This document shows positions 27,967-36,805 of a DNA stretch of 64,000 nt, piece after piece (the stretch's first letter is position 1; each line of letters opens with the position of its first letter). The stretch lies in contig JACKKD010000004.1 of NCBI GenBank assembly GCA_020637675.1, forward strand, positions 14,787 through 78,786. Reading direction: 5' to 3'. The translations under genes and the position numbers were made by a program. The notes below the pieces were generated by a model. The model was given only the letters and a program-made list of their open reading frames with translations, was not told the origin of the DNA and searched no databases. Source of the stretch: Paracoccaceae bacterium. GTDB lineage: Bacteria > Pseudomonadota > Alphaproteobacteria > Rhodobacterales > Rhodobacteraceae.

Positions 27967-28346
27967 TCGGGGAACTTCGCCTTGCAGGCCGCGATTGCTG
28001 GCTCCGACTGCGCGAGGAGCGCCTTGCGCCGGGCGAGGAGCCCGTCGAGCTTGCGCTGTTCGGCCGCCGGGTCGATGGCCACCGGCTGCTTCACCGTGTC
28101 CCAGACCGGCTCGAAGCACATCCGCCGCGGGGTCCCCGCCACCCAGTCGTCGCAGATCTGCCATTCGTAGTGCATGACCTCGCGCCGTTCGTAACCATAG
28201 CCCCGGGCGAGCGTCGCCTGCTGTTCGGCGATCAGCCGGTCAAGGGTGCGAAGCTCACGCGTGGCGGTGCGGATGCACTGTTCCTGCGGCGTTCCGCAGG
28301 CGGCGAGTGCGGCGAGAAGGGCAAGTAGGGCGGCGGAGCGGCGCAT
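27963..28346 (-). CDS. small lipoprotein, paralog B of a tandem triplet, unknown function
   Basis: 127 aa. This is the C-terminal part of the over-extended track ORF 27963-29822. Lipobox LAAC. Motifs ELRTLDRLIAE, RGY, two central Cys, IDP, LLARR and AACKA. Confidence 0.7.
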   Translation of the reverse strand: MRRSAALLALLAALAACGTPQEQCIRTATRELRTLDRLIAEQQATLARGYGYERREVMHYEWQICDDWVAGTPRRMCFEPVWDTVKQPVAIDPAAEQRKLDGLLARRKALLAQSEPAIAACKAKFPE

Positions 28347-28366
28347 GGGCAATCTCGGGGGCGACT

Positions 28367-28744
28367 TCAGGGGGCGGGGCAGGCGGCGACGGCGGCGGCG
28401 ATCTGCGCTTGAAGCCGTTCGCGGCGCGCGAGAAGCGCGTCGAGCGTGCGGGTCGCAGCGGCGGTGTCGATGGCCTCGGTGCGGGTCCGCGTGCCCGGAT
28501 CGGTGCAGAAGCTGACGCCCACGTGCGATCGTGCGCTGCCCAGGCAGAGGTTCACCGCCGCCCCCGTCGGCACCTGCACCGTGCGGTATCCGCGCTCGAT
28601 GTCGGTGCGCGCCTCGGCGATCAGTCTGTCGATGGTCTTCAGTTCGCGCGCCTCTTCCGGGGCGCAGCGGCTGGCCGGGTCGGTCGCGCAGGCGGCCAAG
28701 GCGAGCGCGAGGGTCAGGAGGGCGGGTATGCGGGGCATGAACAT
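28367..28744 (-). CDS. small lipoprotein, paralog C of a tandem triplet, unknown function
   Basis: 125 aa. Lipobox LAAC. Motifs ELKTIDRLIAE, RGY, two central Cys, AID, LLARR and AACPA. Confidence 0.7.
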   Translation of the reverse strand: MFMPRIPALLTLALALAACATDPASRCAPEEARELKTIDRLIAEARTDIERGYRTVQVPTGAAVNLCLGSARSHVGVSFCTDPGTRTRTEAIDTAAATRTLDALLARRERLQAQIAAAVAACPAP

Positions 28745-28901
28745 GGGCGACTCGGCACCGGGGATGGGAAAGCCAGTCTAGCGCGCCGCGCCGCGCTGCC
28801 AAACCCCCCGGACTGAAATGTCGCAGAGTCCGGCCGGGTTCTGGCGGGGCGCGCGCGAAGCTGCTAGGCGGAGTGGTGCGATCCAAACAGGGAAAGCGAT
28901 C

Positions 28902-29789
28902 ATGCCAGATGACTTCGAAAGCAGGAAACTCCGCGCCGCGGCGTGGTTCCGCACGCTTCGCGACGAGATCGTCGCGGCTTTCGAGGCGCTGGAGGACACC
29001 GCCCCGCCACGGGAGGGCGACGCCGGGCCGGGCCGGTTCGAGGTAACCGAGACCCGGCGAACGGCAGACGGCGGAGGCGATGCCGGCGGCGGGCTCATGA
29101 GCGTGATGCGGGGCGGTCGCGCGTTCGAGAAGGTGGGCGTCAACGTCTCGACGGTCCATGGCATGCTGGGCGCGCGGGCGCAGGCGGCGATGGCCGCGCG
29201 CGGCATTCCGGGCATGGCGGAGGATCCGCGGTTCTGGGCCTCCGGCATCAGTCTCGTCGCCCACATGCAGAACCCGCATGTGCCGGCCGTCCACATGAAC
29301 ACCCGGATGTTCTGGACGCCCCATGCCTGGTGGTTCGGCGGCGGCGCCGACCTCAACCCCTGCATCGAATACCCTGCGGATACGCTGCATTTCCATGCCA
29401 CGCTGGAAGCGGCCTGCGACGCACATGATCCCGGCTACTATCCCCGCTTCAAGTCCTGGGCCGACGAGTATTTCTTCGTCCCCCACCGGGGCCGCGCGCG
29501 GGGTGTCGGCGGCATCTTCTTCGACGATCTGAACACCGGCGGCTGGGAGGCCAATTTCGCCTTCACCCAGGATGTGGGCCGGGCCTTCCTGTCGGCCTTC
29601 GTGCCGCTGGTCGAACGTCGGCTCGGCACGCCCTTCGGCGCGGCCGAGCGCGACATCCAGCTTGTGCACCGTGGGCTTTATGCCGAGTACAACCTGGTTT
29701 ACGACCGCGGCACGAAGTTCGGGCTGGAGACCGGGCACGACGCGAACGCCGTGCTGATGAGCCTGCCGCCCCTGGCCAAGTGGATCTGA
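28902..29789 (+). CDS. hemF: oxygen-dependent coproporphyrinogen III oxidase
   Basis: About 295 aa from MPDDFESRK. Conserved HRGLYAEYNLVYDRGTKFGL region. The track start at 28818 is probably too far upstream. Confidence 0.9.
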   Translation: MPDDFESRKLRAAAWFRTLRDEIVAAFEALEDTAPPREGDAGPGRFEVTETRRTADGGGDAGGGLMSVMRGGRAFEKVGVNVSTVHGMLGARAQAAMAARGIPGMAEDPRFWASGISLVAHMQNPHVPAVHMNTRMFWTPHAWWFGGGADLNPCIEYPADTLHFHATLEAACDAHDPGYYPRFKSWADEYFFVPHRGRARGVGGIFFDDLNTGGWEANFAFTQDVGRAFLSAFVPLVERRLGTPFGAAERDIQLVHRGLYAEYNLVYDRGTKFGLETGHDANAVLMSLPPLAKWI

Positions 29790-29807
29790 CGACGAGGGAG
29801 GACGGCA

Positions 29808-30101
29808 ATGACGCCTTCGCAATGCAGTACCATGGCCGAGCTTCGCGCCGAGATCGACCGCATCGACGCGCGGCTCGTGGCGCTGCTGGCCGAGCGCGCG
29901 GGCTACATCGACCGGGCGGCAGAGCTGAAGCCGGCGCTGGGCCTGCCGGCGCGGATCGACGACCGGGTGGAGGAAGTCGTCGAAAAGGTTCGTGCCCGCG
30001 CCATGGCCGAGGCGCTCGACCCCGATCTGGCCGAGGCACTCTGGCGGCGGCTCATCGATTGGTCGATTGCGCGGGAGGAGGCGAAGATCGGCCGCGAGTA
30101 G
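29808..30101 (+). CDS. chorismate mutase (AroQ class, monofunctional)
   Basis: 97 aa. Motif LRAEIDRIDARLVALLAERAGY, typical of AroQ helical-bundle mutases. Confidence 0.85.
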   Translation: MTPSQCSTMAELRAEIDRIDARLVALLAERAGYIDRAAELKPALGLPARIDDRVEEVVEKVRARAMAEALDPDLAEALWRRLIDWSIAREEAKIGRE

Positions 30102-31482
30102 CTTCCGCGCCCCCGTCTCGGCGTGCGGGGAACGCGATCCGCACCTTCAGCCCCGGTGCATTGTCGAGGAGCGCGAGTTCCGCCCCATGGTGTCGCGCCG
30201 TCGCGGCGACGAGCGCGAGGCCAAGCCCGTGGCCCGGCGTCGTCCGGCTGCGCTCCAGCCGGTAGAGCCGCCGCAGCACCTTCTCGCGCTCCTCCTCCGG
30301 AATGCCGGGGCCGCGGTCAGCCACCTCGAGCACCGGGCGGCCGCCTTCCTCAGCGGTGCGCAGGCTGATCGCCGTGCCATCCGGCGTGTGGCGGAATGCA
30401 TTCTCGATGAGATTTGCGAGTGCCTGGCCGACCAGGCCCTTGTCACCCGAAACCGTGAGCGGCGCGGCCGAGAGGTCCAGGATCAGCGCGCGTCCGGCCT
30501 CTTCGGCGTCTGGCCCGTAGATCTCCGCGATACCCGCCGCCAGCGCGTTGAGATCGAAGGGCACCGAGGGAAGGCGGGTGCCACCGCCCTCGATCTGGGC
30601 GATGCGGAGGAGGCCCTGGAACACGGCGACGGCGCCCTCGGCCTCGGCCAGCGCGCGGTCCGCCAGCCCCGCCTCGCGGCTTCCAGTGGACAGGCCGTCG
30701 CGGAGGTCGTGCAGCAGGACCGTCATCCGCTGCAGCGGTGTCTTGAGGTCATGTGCGATGTCGGCGGAGACCTGTTTCAGTGCTTCGGTCGCGGCCTCCT
30801 GGGCCTCGGCCATGCGGTTGATCCGCGCGCCGATCCGGGCAAGGTCGTCGGCCCGGCCCGGCTCGGCCGGAATGCGGGTGTCGAATGCGCCTTCAGAGAG
30901 GCGGGAGAGCGCCCGCTCGATCCGTTCCACCCGCGCCCGGGCACGGGCGGCGAGCGCCGCGCCGATCCCGAGCGAGATCAGCACCGTGGGCCCCAGGCTG
31001 AGGGCGAGGAGCCCGAGAAAGGTGCGGCCAAGCTCGCGGATCGGCGTCAGGCTTTCGCCGATGATGAGCACGCCCCCCGCCTGCCGGTCGATGAGCGGCA
31101 TGTAGCCGTCGCGGCCAAGCGGGCGGCCCTCCGGCATTGGCCGGATTTCCACGCCTTCGCCCGTTAGCCGCGCGTCGGCATTGCCGGTCACGCGGCCGTC
31201 GGGGGCGATGTAGGCGAAGACCCGGTGGGCCGGATCGGCCGCCTCGGCCGCCGCCGTCACCATGACCTCGGCCGCGCCGGGCGAGGCCGCAACCTCGAAC
31301 CCGGCCATGAGCTGGGCAAGGTTGGCGCGCATTGCCTCCTCCGCGCTGGTCCTGAGGCTGAGGTAGGCGAGGCCGAGGGTGACGAGATTGACCACGGCGA
31401 AGACCGCGACGAGGCCCATGGCCTGGCGTACCGGCGTCGATCCCGCGCTGCGGCTCATCAGGCGGAAGAGGCGCGGCGCCAA
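30052..31482 (-). CDS. two-component sensor histidine kinase (two TM, HAMP, HisKA, HATPase_c)
   Basis: 476 aa. H-box ADIAHDLKTPLQR. G-boxes DRGPGIP and GHGLGLALV. Its 3' end overlaps the chorismate mutase gene convergently by 50 nt. Confidence 0.88.
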   Translation of the reverse strand: MAPRLFRLMSRSAGSTPVRQAMGLVAVFAVVNLVTLGLAYLSLRTSAEEAMRANLAQLMAGFEVAASPGAAEVMVTAAAEAADPAHRVFAYIAPDGRVTGNADARLTGEGVEIRPMPEGRPLGRDGYMPLIDRQAGGVLIIGESLTPIRELGRTFLGLLALSLGPTVLISLGIGAALAARARARVERIERALSRLSEGAFDTRIPAEPGRADDLARIGARINRMAEAQEAATEALKQVSADIAHDLKTPLQRMTVLLHDLRDGLSTGSREAGLADRALAEAEGAVAVFQGLLRIAQIEGGGTRLPSVPFDLNALAAGIAEIYGPDAEEAGRALILDLSAAPLTVSGDKGLVGQALANLIENAFRHTPDGTAISLRTAEEGGRPVLEVADRGPGIPEEEREKVLRRLYRLERSRTTPGHGLGLALVAATARHHGAELALLDNAPGLKVRIAFPARRDGGAEATRGRSSPPPAQSTNR

Positions 31483-31484
31483 TG

Positions 31485-32156
31485 TCAGTCCTCGATCTTG
31501 TAGCCCGCGCCGCGAACGGTGCGGATCAGTTCGCGCCCGAAGGGCTTGTCCACCTTGGCGCGGAGCCGGCTGACATGGGTTTCGACAACGTTGGTCTGCG
31601 GATCGAAGCTGAGGTCCCAGACGGATTCGAGCAGCATCGTGCGCGTCTGCACCCGACCCTTGCGGCGCATCAGGTGTTCCAGGAGCGTGAATTCGCGGGG
31701 CAGGAGGTCTATCTCCTTGCCGGCGCGCGTCACCTTGCGGGCGATGAGGTCCATCGTCAGGTCTCCCGCCTTCAGCACGGTTTCCACCACCGGCTGCGCG
31801 GCACGGCGGCCAAGCACGTCGATCCGGGCGGAAAGCTCGCCGAAGGCGAAGGGTTTCACGAGATAGTCGTCGCCGCCCGCCCGCAAACCCTCGATCCGGT
31901 CGTCTACCCCGCCCATGGCCGTGAGGAAGAGTGCCGGCACAGTCACCTTGGCCGAGCGCAGCGCGCGGACGAGCGAAAGCCCGTCGAGCCCCGGCAGCAT
32001 CCGGTCGACGATCAGCACGTCGTAGCCGCCCCGCATCGCCTGCGCGAGCGCCTCGCGCCCGTCGGTCAGGTGATCGACGACATGGCCTTCCTCGCGCAGG
32101 CCCCTCGCCACATAGGCCGCGGTCGTCGCGTCGTCTTCGATCAGGAGGAGCTTCAT
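31485..32156 (-). CDS. OmpR/PhoB family response regulator
   Basis: About 223 aa from MKLLLIEDD. Receiver Asp in VLIVDRMLPGLDG. Winged-helix C-terminus TVRGAGYKIED. Confidence 0.9.
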   Translation of the reverse strand: MKLLLIEDDATTAAYVARGLREEGHVVDHLTDGREALAQAMRGGYDVLIVDRMLPGLDGLSLVRALRSAKVTVPALFLTAMGGVDDRIEGLRAGGDDYLVKPFAFGELSARIDVLGRRAAQPVVETVLKAGDLTMDLIARKVTRAGKEIDLLPREFTLLEHLMRRKGRVQTRTMLLESVWDLSFDPQTNVVETHVSRLRAKVDKPFGRELIRTVRGAGYKIED

Positions 32157-32391
32157 CGCGGCGGTCCGTCTTCTCGCTGGCCTCAACATGGGCGGGCCGG
32201 GCCGCTTTGTCACGCCGACGCTGCGGGGCGCTGACGCGAAGATTACATTTCGGTCAGTTTCGCCGATGGCTCGCGGCCGTGTGATGAAGCTTACGGAAAT
32301 TCAACCCTGGCGACGGTCGGGTGCAAGGACGCCGCTCCAACTTGGCATCGTCCCCGGCAGCGGCCGGGCCCCCTCTTCGAAGGAGCAGACG

Positions 32392-33546
32392 ATGACAATT
32401 CCCACCCGTTCCCGCACCCTGCGCATACCGGCGCTCGCGCTCGGTGCGCTCATGGGCGCCACGGCGCTGACCGCCGTCGCGCCCGCCCTCATGCCCGCGC
32501 CCGCCCATGCCGCGGCGGTCCAGCCCGGCGGCTATGTCGCGCTTGTCGAGAAGGTCGCGCCGGCGGTGGTCTACATAGAGGTCACTAAGGCGGTCGAGCA
32601 GCCGGCGATGACCCCTGGCAACATGCCCGAGGGTTTCCCCTTCGACGAGTTCATGCGCCGATTCGGGATGCCGATGCCGATGCCCGGGGATCCGCAGGGT
32701 CACGGAGGCGAGGTGCGCGGCGTCGGCACCGGCTTCATCGTCTCGGCCGACGGGCAAATCGTTACCAACGCCCATGTCGTCGATGGCGCGGATTCGGTGA
32801 AGGTGACTCTGTCCGACGGGCGCACCGTTGATGGCAAGGTGCTTGGACGCGATGCCGCGACGGACATCGCGCTGATCAAGGTCGAGGCTGGCGACAGCCT
32901 GCCGACGGTGGCCTTCGGGGACTCCACGCAACTGAAGGTCGGGCAGGACGTGGTGGCCATCGGCAACCCCTTCGGCCTTGGGAATTCCGTGACCTCGGGC
33001 ATCGTCTCGGCGCTCGGCCGGGACATCAATTCGGGCCCCTTCGACAACTACATCCAGACCGACGCGGCCATCAACAAGGGCAACTCCGGCGGCCCCCTGT
33101 TCAACACCGACGGCGAGGTCGTCGGCATCAATACCGCCATCTTCTCGCCCACCGGCGGCTCGGTCGGCATCGGCTTTGCGGTACCCTCTGAGACCGCGTC
33201 CAAGGTCGTCGCGGCGCTGGCCGAGGGCGGCACGGTGGAGCGCGGCTTCCTCGGCGTGCAGATCCAGCCGGTGACGGAGGATATCGCGGCCGCCCTCGGT
33301 TTCGACAAGGCGAAGGGCGTGCTCGTCTCCGACGTGACCGCTGACACCCCGGCGGCGAAGGCCGGGATCACGCGGGGTGACATCGTCCTCAGCGTCAACG
33401 GGACAGAGGTGAACTCCCCACGCGACCTCACGCGGCTCATCGCGACGGATGCGCCGGGCGCCACCGTGACGCTCTCGCTCATGCGGGCAGGAAAACCGGT
33501 CGAAACCTCGGTCACGCTGACCAGCCGACCGGACCAGCCGGCCTGA
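32392..33546 (+). CDS. periplasmic serine endoprotease, DegP/HtrA family with one PDZ domain
   Basis: About 384 aa. GAAGGAG SD. Signal peptide. Catalytic triad context TNAHVV, D, GNSGGPL. C-terminal PDZ domain. Confidence 0.9.
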   Translation: MTIPTRSRTLRIPALALGALMGATALTAVAPALMPAPAHAAAVQPGGYVALVEKVAPAVVYIEVTKAVEQPAMTPGNMPEGFPFDEFMRRFGMPMPMPGDPQGHGGEVRGVGTGFIVSADGQIVTNAHVVDGADSVKVTLSDGRTVDGKVLGRDAATDIALIKVEAGDSLPTVAFGDSTQLKVGQDVVAIGNPFGLGNSVTSGIVSALGRDINSGPFDNYIQTDAAINKGNSGGPLFNTDGEVVGINTAIFSPTGGSVGIGFAVPSETASKVVAALAEGGTVERGFLGVQIQPVTEDIAAALGFDKAKGVLVSDVTADTPAAKAGITRGDIVLSVNGTEVNSPRDLTRLIATDAPGATVTLSLMRAGKPVETSVTLTSRPDQPA

Positions 33547-33570
33547 CCATCCCCCCGGTTCGGACGGCGG

Positions 33571-33603
33571 GCGGGCGTCCCTGGCGGGGCGCCCGCTTCG
33601 TCT
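33571..33603 (+). terminator. intrinsic terminator candidate after the DegP-like gene
   Basis: 11-bp stem GCGGGCGTCCC / GGGGCGCCCGC (one G-U pair) with a TGGC tetraloop, followed by the T-rich TTCGTCTT. Confidence 0.6.
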
Positions 33604-33688
33604 TGGCGCTGATGAAATCTCGTCAGAGCGGCCCTTTCCTCGCGCCGGCGAAAGGCGCATTCACCGGGAAACCGAGCGCGAGGGGGCA

Positions 33689-34612
33689 ATGGGCATCACT
33701 GTGACGACGGCACCTTGCTGCTGGGGCGTCGATGACGTGACGAACCCCAACCTTCCCGCATGGACCCGCGTCCTCGACGAGGCTGCCGCGGCAGGCTATG
33801 GCGGGCTGGAGCTTGGCCCCTATGGCTACGTGCCGCTCGACCTGCCCGTTGTGAGCGAGGCACTGACGGCGCGGGGGCTCTACATCGTCGCGGGCACGAT
33901 CTTCGACGATCTGGTGGCGCCGGCGCGGCGCGCCGACCTCTTGCGCCAGACCCGCGAGATCTGCGCGCTGATCACCGGTCTGCCCAAGCCGCCCGTGGCG
34001 GGCGGGCAGCGCTACCCGGCGCCCTATCTCACCGTCATGGACTGGGGCCACGACGAACGCGACTTCGCCGCCGGCCATTCGGCGCGCGCGCCGAGACTGT
34101 CGGCGGAAGCCTGGGACGGGATGATGGCGACGATCCGCGCCATCGCAGAGGTTGCGAGGGATGAGTCCGGCGTGCGCGCCGTGGTGCATCCCCACGCCGG
34201 CGGCTACATCGAGTTCCGCGACGAGATCGACCGGCTCGCCGCCGACATCCCAGCGGATGTCGCGGGCTTCTGCATCGACACCGGCCACAGCCACTACGCC
34301 GGGATGGATCCGCTCGATACGCTCGCGCGCTACTGGAACCGGATCGACTACATCCACTTCAAGGACATCGACCGAACCGTGTTCGACCGCGTCATGGGCG
34401 AACGCATCCGCTTCTTCGAGGCCTGTGCGCAAGGCGTCATGTGCCCGATCGGCCGGGGCGTCATCGACTATCCGGCGATCCGGGCCTTTCTGGCCGAGAA
34501 GGGCTACGGCGGCTACATCACGGTGGAGCAGGAACGCGATCCGCTTAACGCGGCCGGATCGCTCGCCGATGTGAAGGCGAGCCGGGACTACCTGAAAAGC
34601 GTCGGATACTGA
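33689..34612 (+). CDS. sugar phosphate isomerase/epimerase (xylose isomerase-like TIM barrel)
   Basis: 307 aa with TIM-barrel AP-endonuclease-2-like motifs. Located in the inositol locus. Confidence 0.75.
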   Translation: MGITVTTAPCCWGVDDVTNPNLPAWTRVLDEAAAAGYGGLELGPYGYVPLDLPVVSEALTARGLYIVAGTIFDDLVAPARRADLLRQTREICALITGLPKPPVAGGQRYPAPYLTVMDWGHDERDFAAGHSARAPRLSAEAWDGMMATIRAIAEVARDESGVRAVVHPHAGGYIEFRDEIDRLAADIPADVAGFCIDTGHSHYAGMDPLDTLARYWNRIDYIHFKDIDRTVFDRVMGERIRFFEACAQGVMCPIGRGVIDYPAIRAFLAEKGYGGYITVEQERDPLNAAGSLADVKASRDYLKSVGY

Positions 34613-34625
34613 GGGAGGCAGGGCC

Positions 34626-35795
34626 ATGATCGACGGCACCAGAAAGACGAAACGCGCGCTGCGCTGGGGCATGGTCGGCGGCGGGCGGGGCAGCCAGATC
34701 GGCTACATCCACCGTTCGGCGGCGCTGAGGGACGGGTATTTCGAGCTGAAAGCCGGGGCGCTCGACCTGAACGCGGCGCGGGGCGCGGCCTTTGCGGCCG
34801 ACCTCGGCGTCGAGCCGGGCCGCGCCTATCCCGACTGGGGCGCGATGATCGCTGCCGAGGCGGCGCGCACGGACGGGGTCGAGGTTGTCACCATAGCGAC
34901 GCCCAACAACACGCATTACGAAATCGCGAAGGCCGCGCTTCAGGCGGGACTGCATGTCATCTGCGAGAAGCCCCTTTGCTTCACCACCGCCGAGGCAGAG
35001 GAGTTGAAGGCGCTCGCCAGGACCAAGGGCCGGGTGATCGGCGTGACCTACGGCTATTCCTGCTACCAGACAATCGAGGAAGCGCGCGCGCTCGTCGCGT
35101 CGGGTGCGCTGGGCAAAGTGCGGCTGGTGAACCTCCAGTTCGCCCACGGCTTCCATTCCGCCCCGGTGGAAGAGGAGAACCCGGCGATCAGGTGGCGGGT
35201 GGACCCGAAATTCGCCGGGCCGTCCTACGTCCTCGGAGACCTTGCCACGCACCCGCTTTACCTCTCCGAGGTGATCTGTCCGGATCTCAGGATCAAGCGC
35301 CTGATGTGCGCGCGGCAGAGCTTCGTCGCCTCGCGCGCACCCTTGGAAGACAACGCGGTGACGCTGATGGAATACGAGGGCGGCGCCTTCGGCACGCTCT
35401 GGACCTCGGCCGTCAACGCCGGGGCGATGCACAGCCAGAAGGTGCGGATCGTCGGCGAGAAGGCGTCCATCGAGTGGTGGGACGAGTTCCCGAACCAGCT
35501 TCGCTACGAGGTGCAGGGCGAACCGCCGCGCATTCTCGACCGCGGCATGGACTATCTGAGCCCTGCCGCGCGCGCCGACGACCGGATCGGCGGAGGACAC
35601 CCAGAGGGGCTCTTCGAAAGTTGGGCGACGATGTACGAACGCTTCGCCCGCGCCATCGAGGCCGCGAACGAGGGCCGCGCCCCGGACCCCGCCCTGCGTT
35701 ACCCCGACGCGGCTGCGGGCGTCGCGGGCGTGCGCTGGGTGGAGAACTGCGTGCGCTCGGCCGATGCAGGCGGCGTCTGGGTGGACTACGCCTGA
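34626..35795 (+). CDS. Gfo/Idh/MocA family oxidoreductase
   Basis: 389 aa. N-terminal Rossmann fold (LRWGMVGGGRGSQIG) and the EKP motif (ICEKPL). Confidence 0.85.
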   Translation: MIDGTRKTKRALRWGMVGGGRGSQIGYIHRSAALRDGYFELKAGALDLNAARGAAFAADLGVEPGRAYPDWGAMIAAEAARTDGVEVVTIATPNNTHYEIAKAALQAGLHVICEKPLCFTTAEAEELKALARTKGRVIGVTYGYSCYQTIEEARALVASGALGKVRLVNLQFAHGFHSAPVEEENPAIRWRVDPKFAGPSYVLGDLATHPLYLSEVICPDLRIKRLMCARQSFVASRAPLEDNAVTLMEYEGGAFGTLWTSAVNAGAMHSQKVRIVGEKASIEWWDEFPNQLRYEVQGEPPRILDRGMDYLSPAARADDRIGGGHPEGLFESWATMYERFARAIEAANEGRAPDPALRYPDAAAGVAGVRWVENCVRSADAGGVWVDYA

Positions 35796-35800
35796 CCGGA

Positions 35801-36805
35801 TCAGGGCGTCCAGTCGGGCGTGAGCGTGACGGGTCGTCCCGTTCGGATGGAGGCAATCGCGGCCTCAGCCAGCCGCTGCGCCTCCAGCCCGTCGCGGATC
35901 ATGGCCAGGGGCGGGGCGCCCTCGCGGATCAGCGCGGCGAAGGCTTCCATCTCCGCCCGGTAGGCTTCGGCGAAGCGGCTGATGAAATGGTCCATCGGCC
36001 GCTCCGTCCGCGCACCCTCCGGCCCCGCTATGCGGACATCGTTCGACGGGCGGTTGTCAACGAAGAGCACCTCGCGCGCGCAATGCGCCTCCAGCCGCTG
36101 GTCGTAGCCGAGCGGGCTGCGCCGGCTGTTGGCCATCTGCACCATCCGGCCCGAAGCGGAAACCATGTTGACCATGAGGCTGTCGATGTCGCCCTCGGCG
36201 GCGATGCCTGTGTCGAAGAGCGCGCCGCCGATGGCATGGACGGAGGCCATCTCCTCCCCCAGCATGTAGCGCGCCTGGTCGAAATCGTGGATCGCCTGGT
36301 CGCGCAGCATTCCGCCGGACCGCGCGACATAGGCGCGCGGTGGCGGCGCCGGGTCGCGCGTCTGCATCAGGAGCTGTTCGAGGGGGCCCGAGACGCAGGA
36401 GGCGATCCGCTCGCGCACGGCGCGGAAGTTCGGATCATAGCGGCGCTGGAAGCCGAGCATGGAGGGGATTCCCGAAGCCTCGACCGCCCGCGTGACGCGG
36501 GCAACGGTGGGGAAATCGAGGCTCACCGGCTTTTCGCAGAAGACGGCGAGCCCGCGTTCGGCGGCGGCCAGAAGAAGGTCGCCGTGGCTGTCGGTCGACG
36601 ACGCGATGACGATGCCGTCGATGTCCGCGTCGGCCAGCGCCTCGGCCGCGGAACTGACGCGCGCGCGGGTCTCGCGGGCGAGGGCAGCCGGGTCGGTCCC
36701 GGGATCGACGAGATGGGCGACCTCGACCCCCGGAAGGGCCGCGGCGTTGCGGGCGTGCATGGCGCCGATGCGCCCCGCGCCGAAGATGGCGAGCCGGATG
36801 GTCAT
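35801..36805 (-). CDS. Gfo/Idh/MocA family oxidoreductase (inositol dehydrogenase-like)
   Basis: 334 aa. N-terminus MTIRLAIFGAGRIGAMHARN and the FCEKP motif. Confidence 0.85.
   Translation of the reverse strand: MTIRLAIFGAGRIGAMHARNAAALPGVEVAHLVDPGTDPAALARETRARVSSAAEALADADIDGIVIASSTDSHGDLLLAAAERGLAVFCEKPVSLDFPTVARVTRAVEASGIPSMLGFQRRYDPNFRAVRERIASCVSGPLEQLLMQTRDPAPPPRAYVARSGGMLRDQAIHDFDQARYMLGEEMASVHAIGGALFDTGIAAEGDIDSLMVNMVSASGRMVQMANSRRSPLGYDQRLEAHCAREVLFVDNRPSNDVRIAGPEGARTERPMDHFISRFAEAYRAEMEAFAALIREGAPPLAMIRDGLEAQRLAEAAIASIRTGRPVTLTPDWTP

Noticed and set aside
28808-28833. 7-bp inverted repeat CCGGACT-N12-AGTCCGG in the hemF / lipoprotein divergent region.
   Set aside because: The stem is short and the loop is long. 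There is no similarity to FNR or other known boxes, and no second copy in the window. It could easily be chance in GC-rich DNA.
27963-29822. 619-aa minus-strand ORF spanning the lipoprotein region and all of hemF.
   Set aside because: Only the C-terminal 127 codons (27963-28346) form a plausible gene, with a signal peptide, a lipobox and paralogy to the neighbours. The rest is antisense to hemF and overlaps paralog C out of frame.
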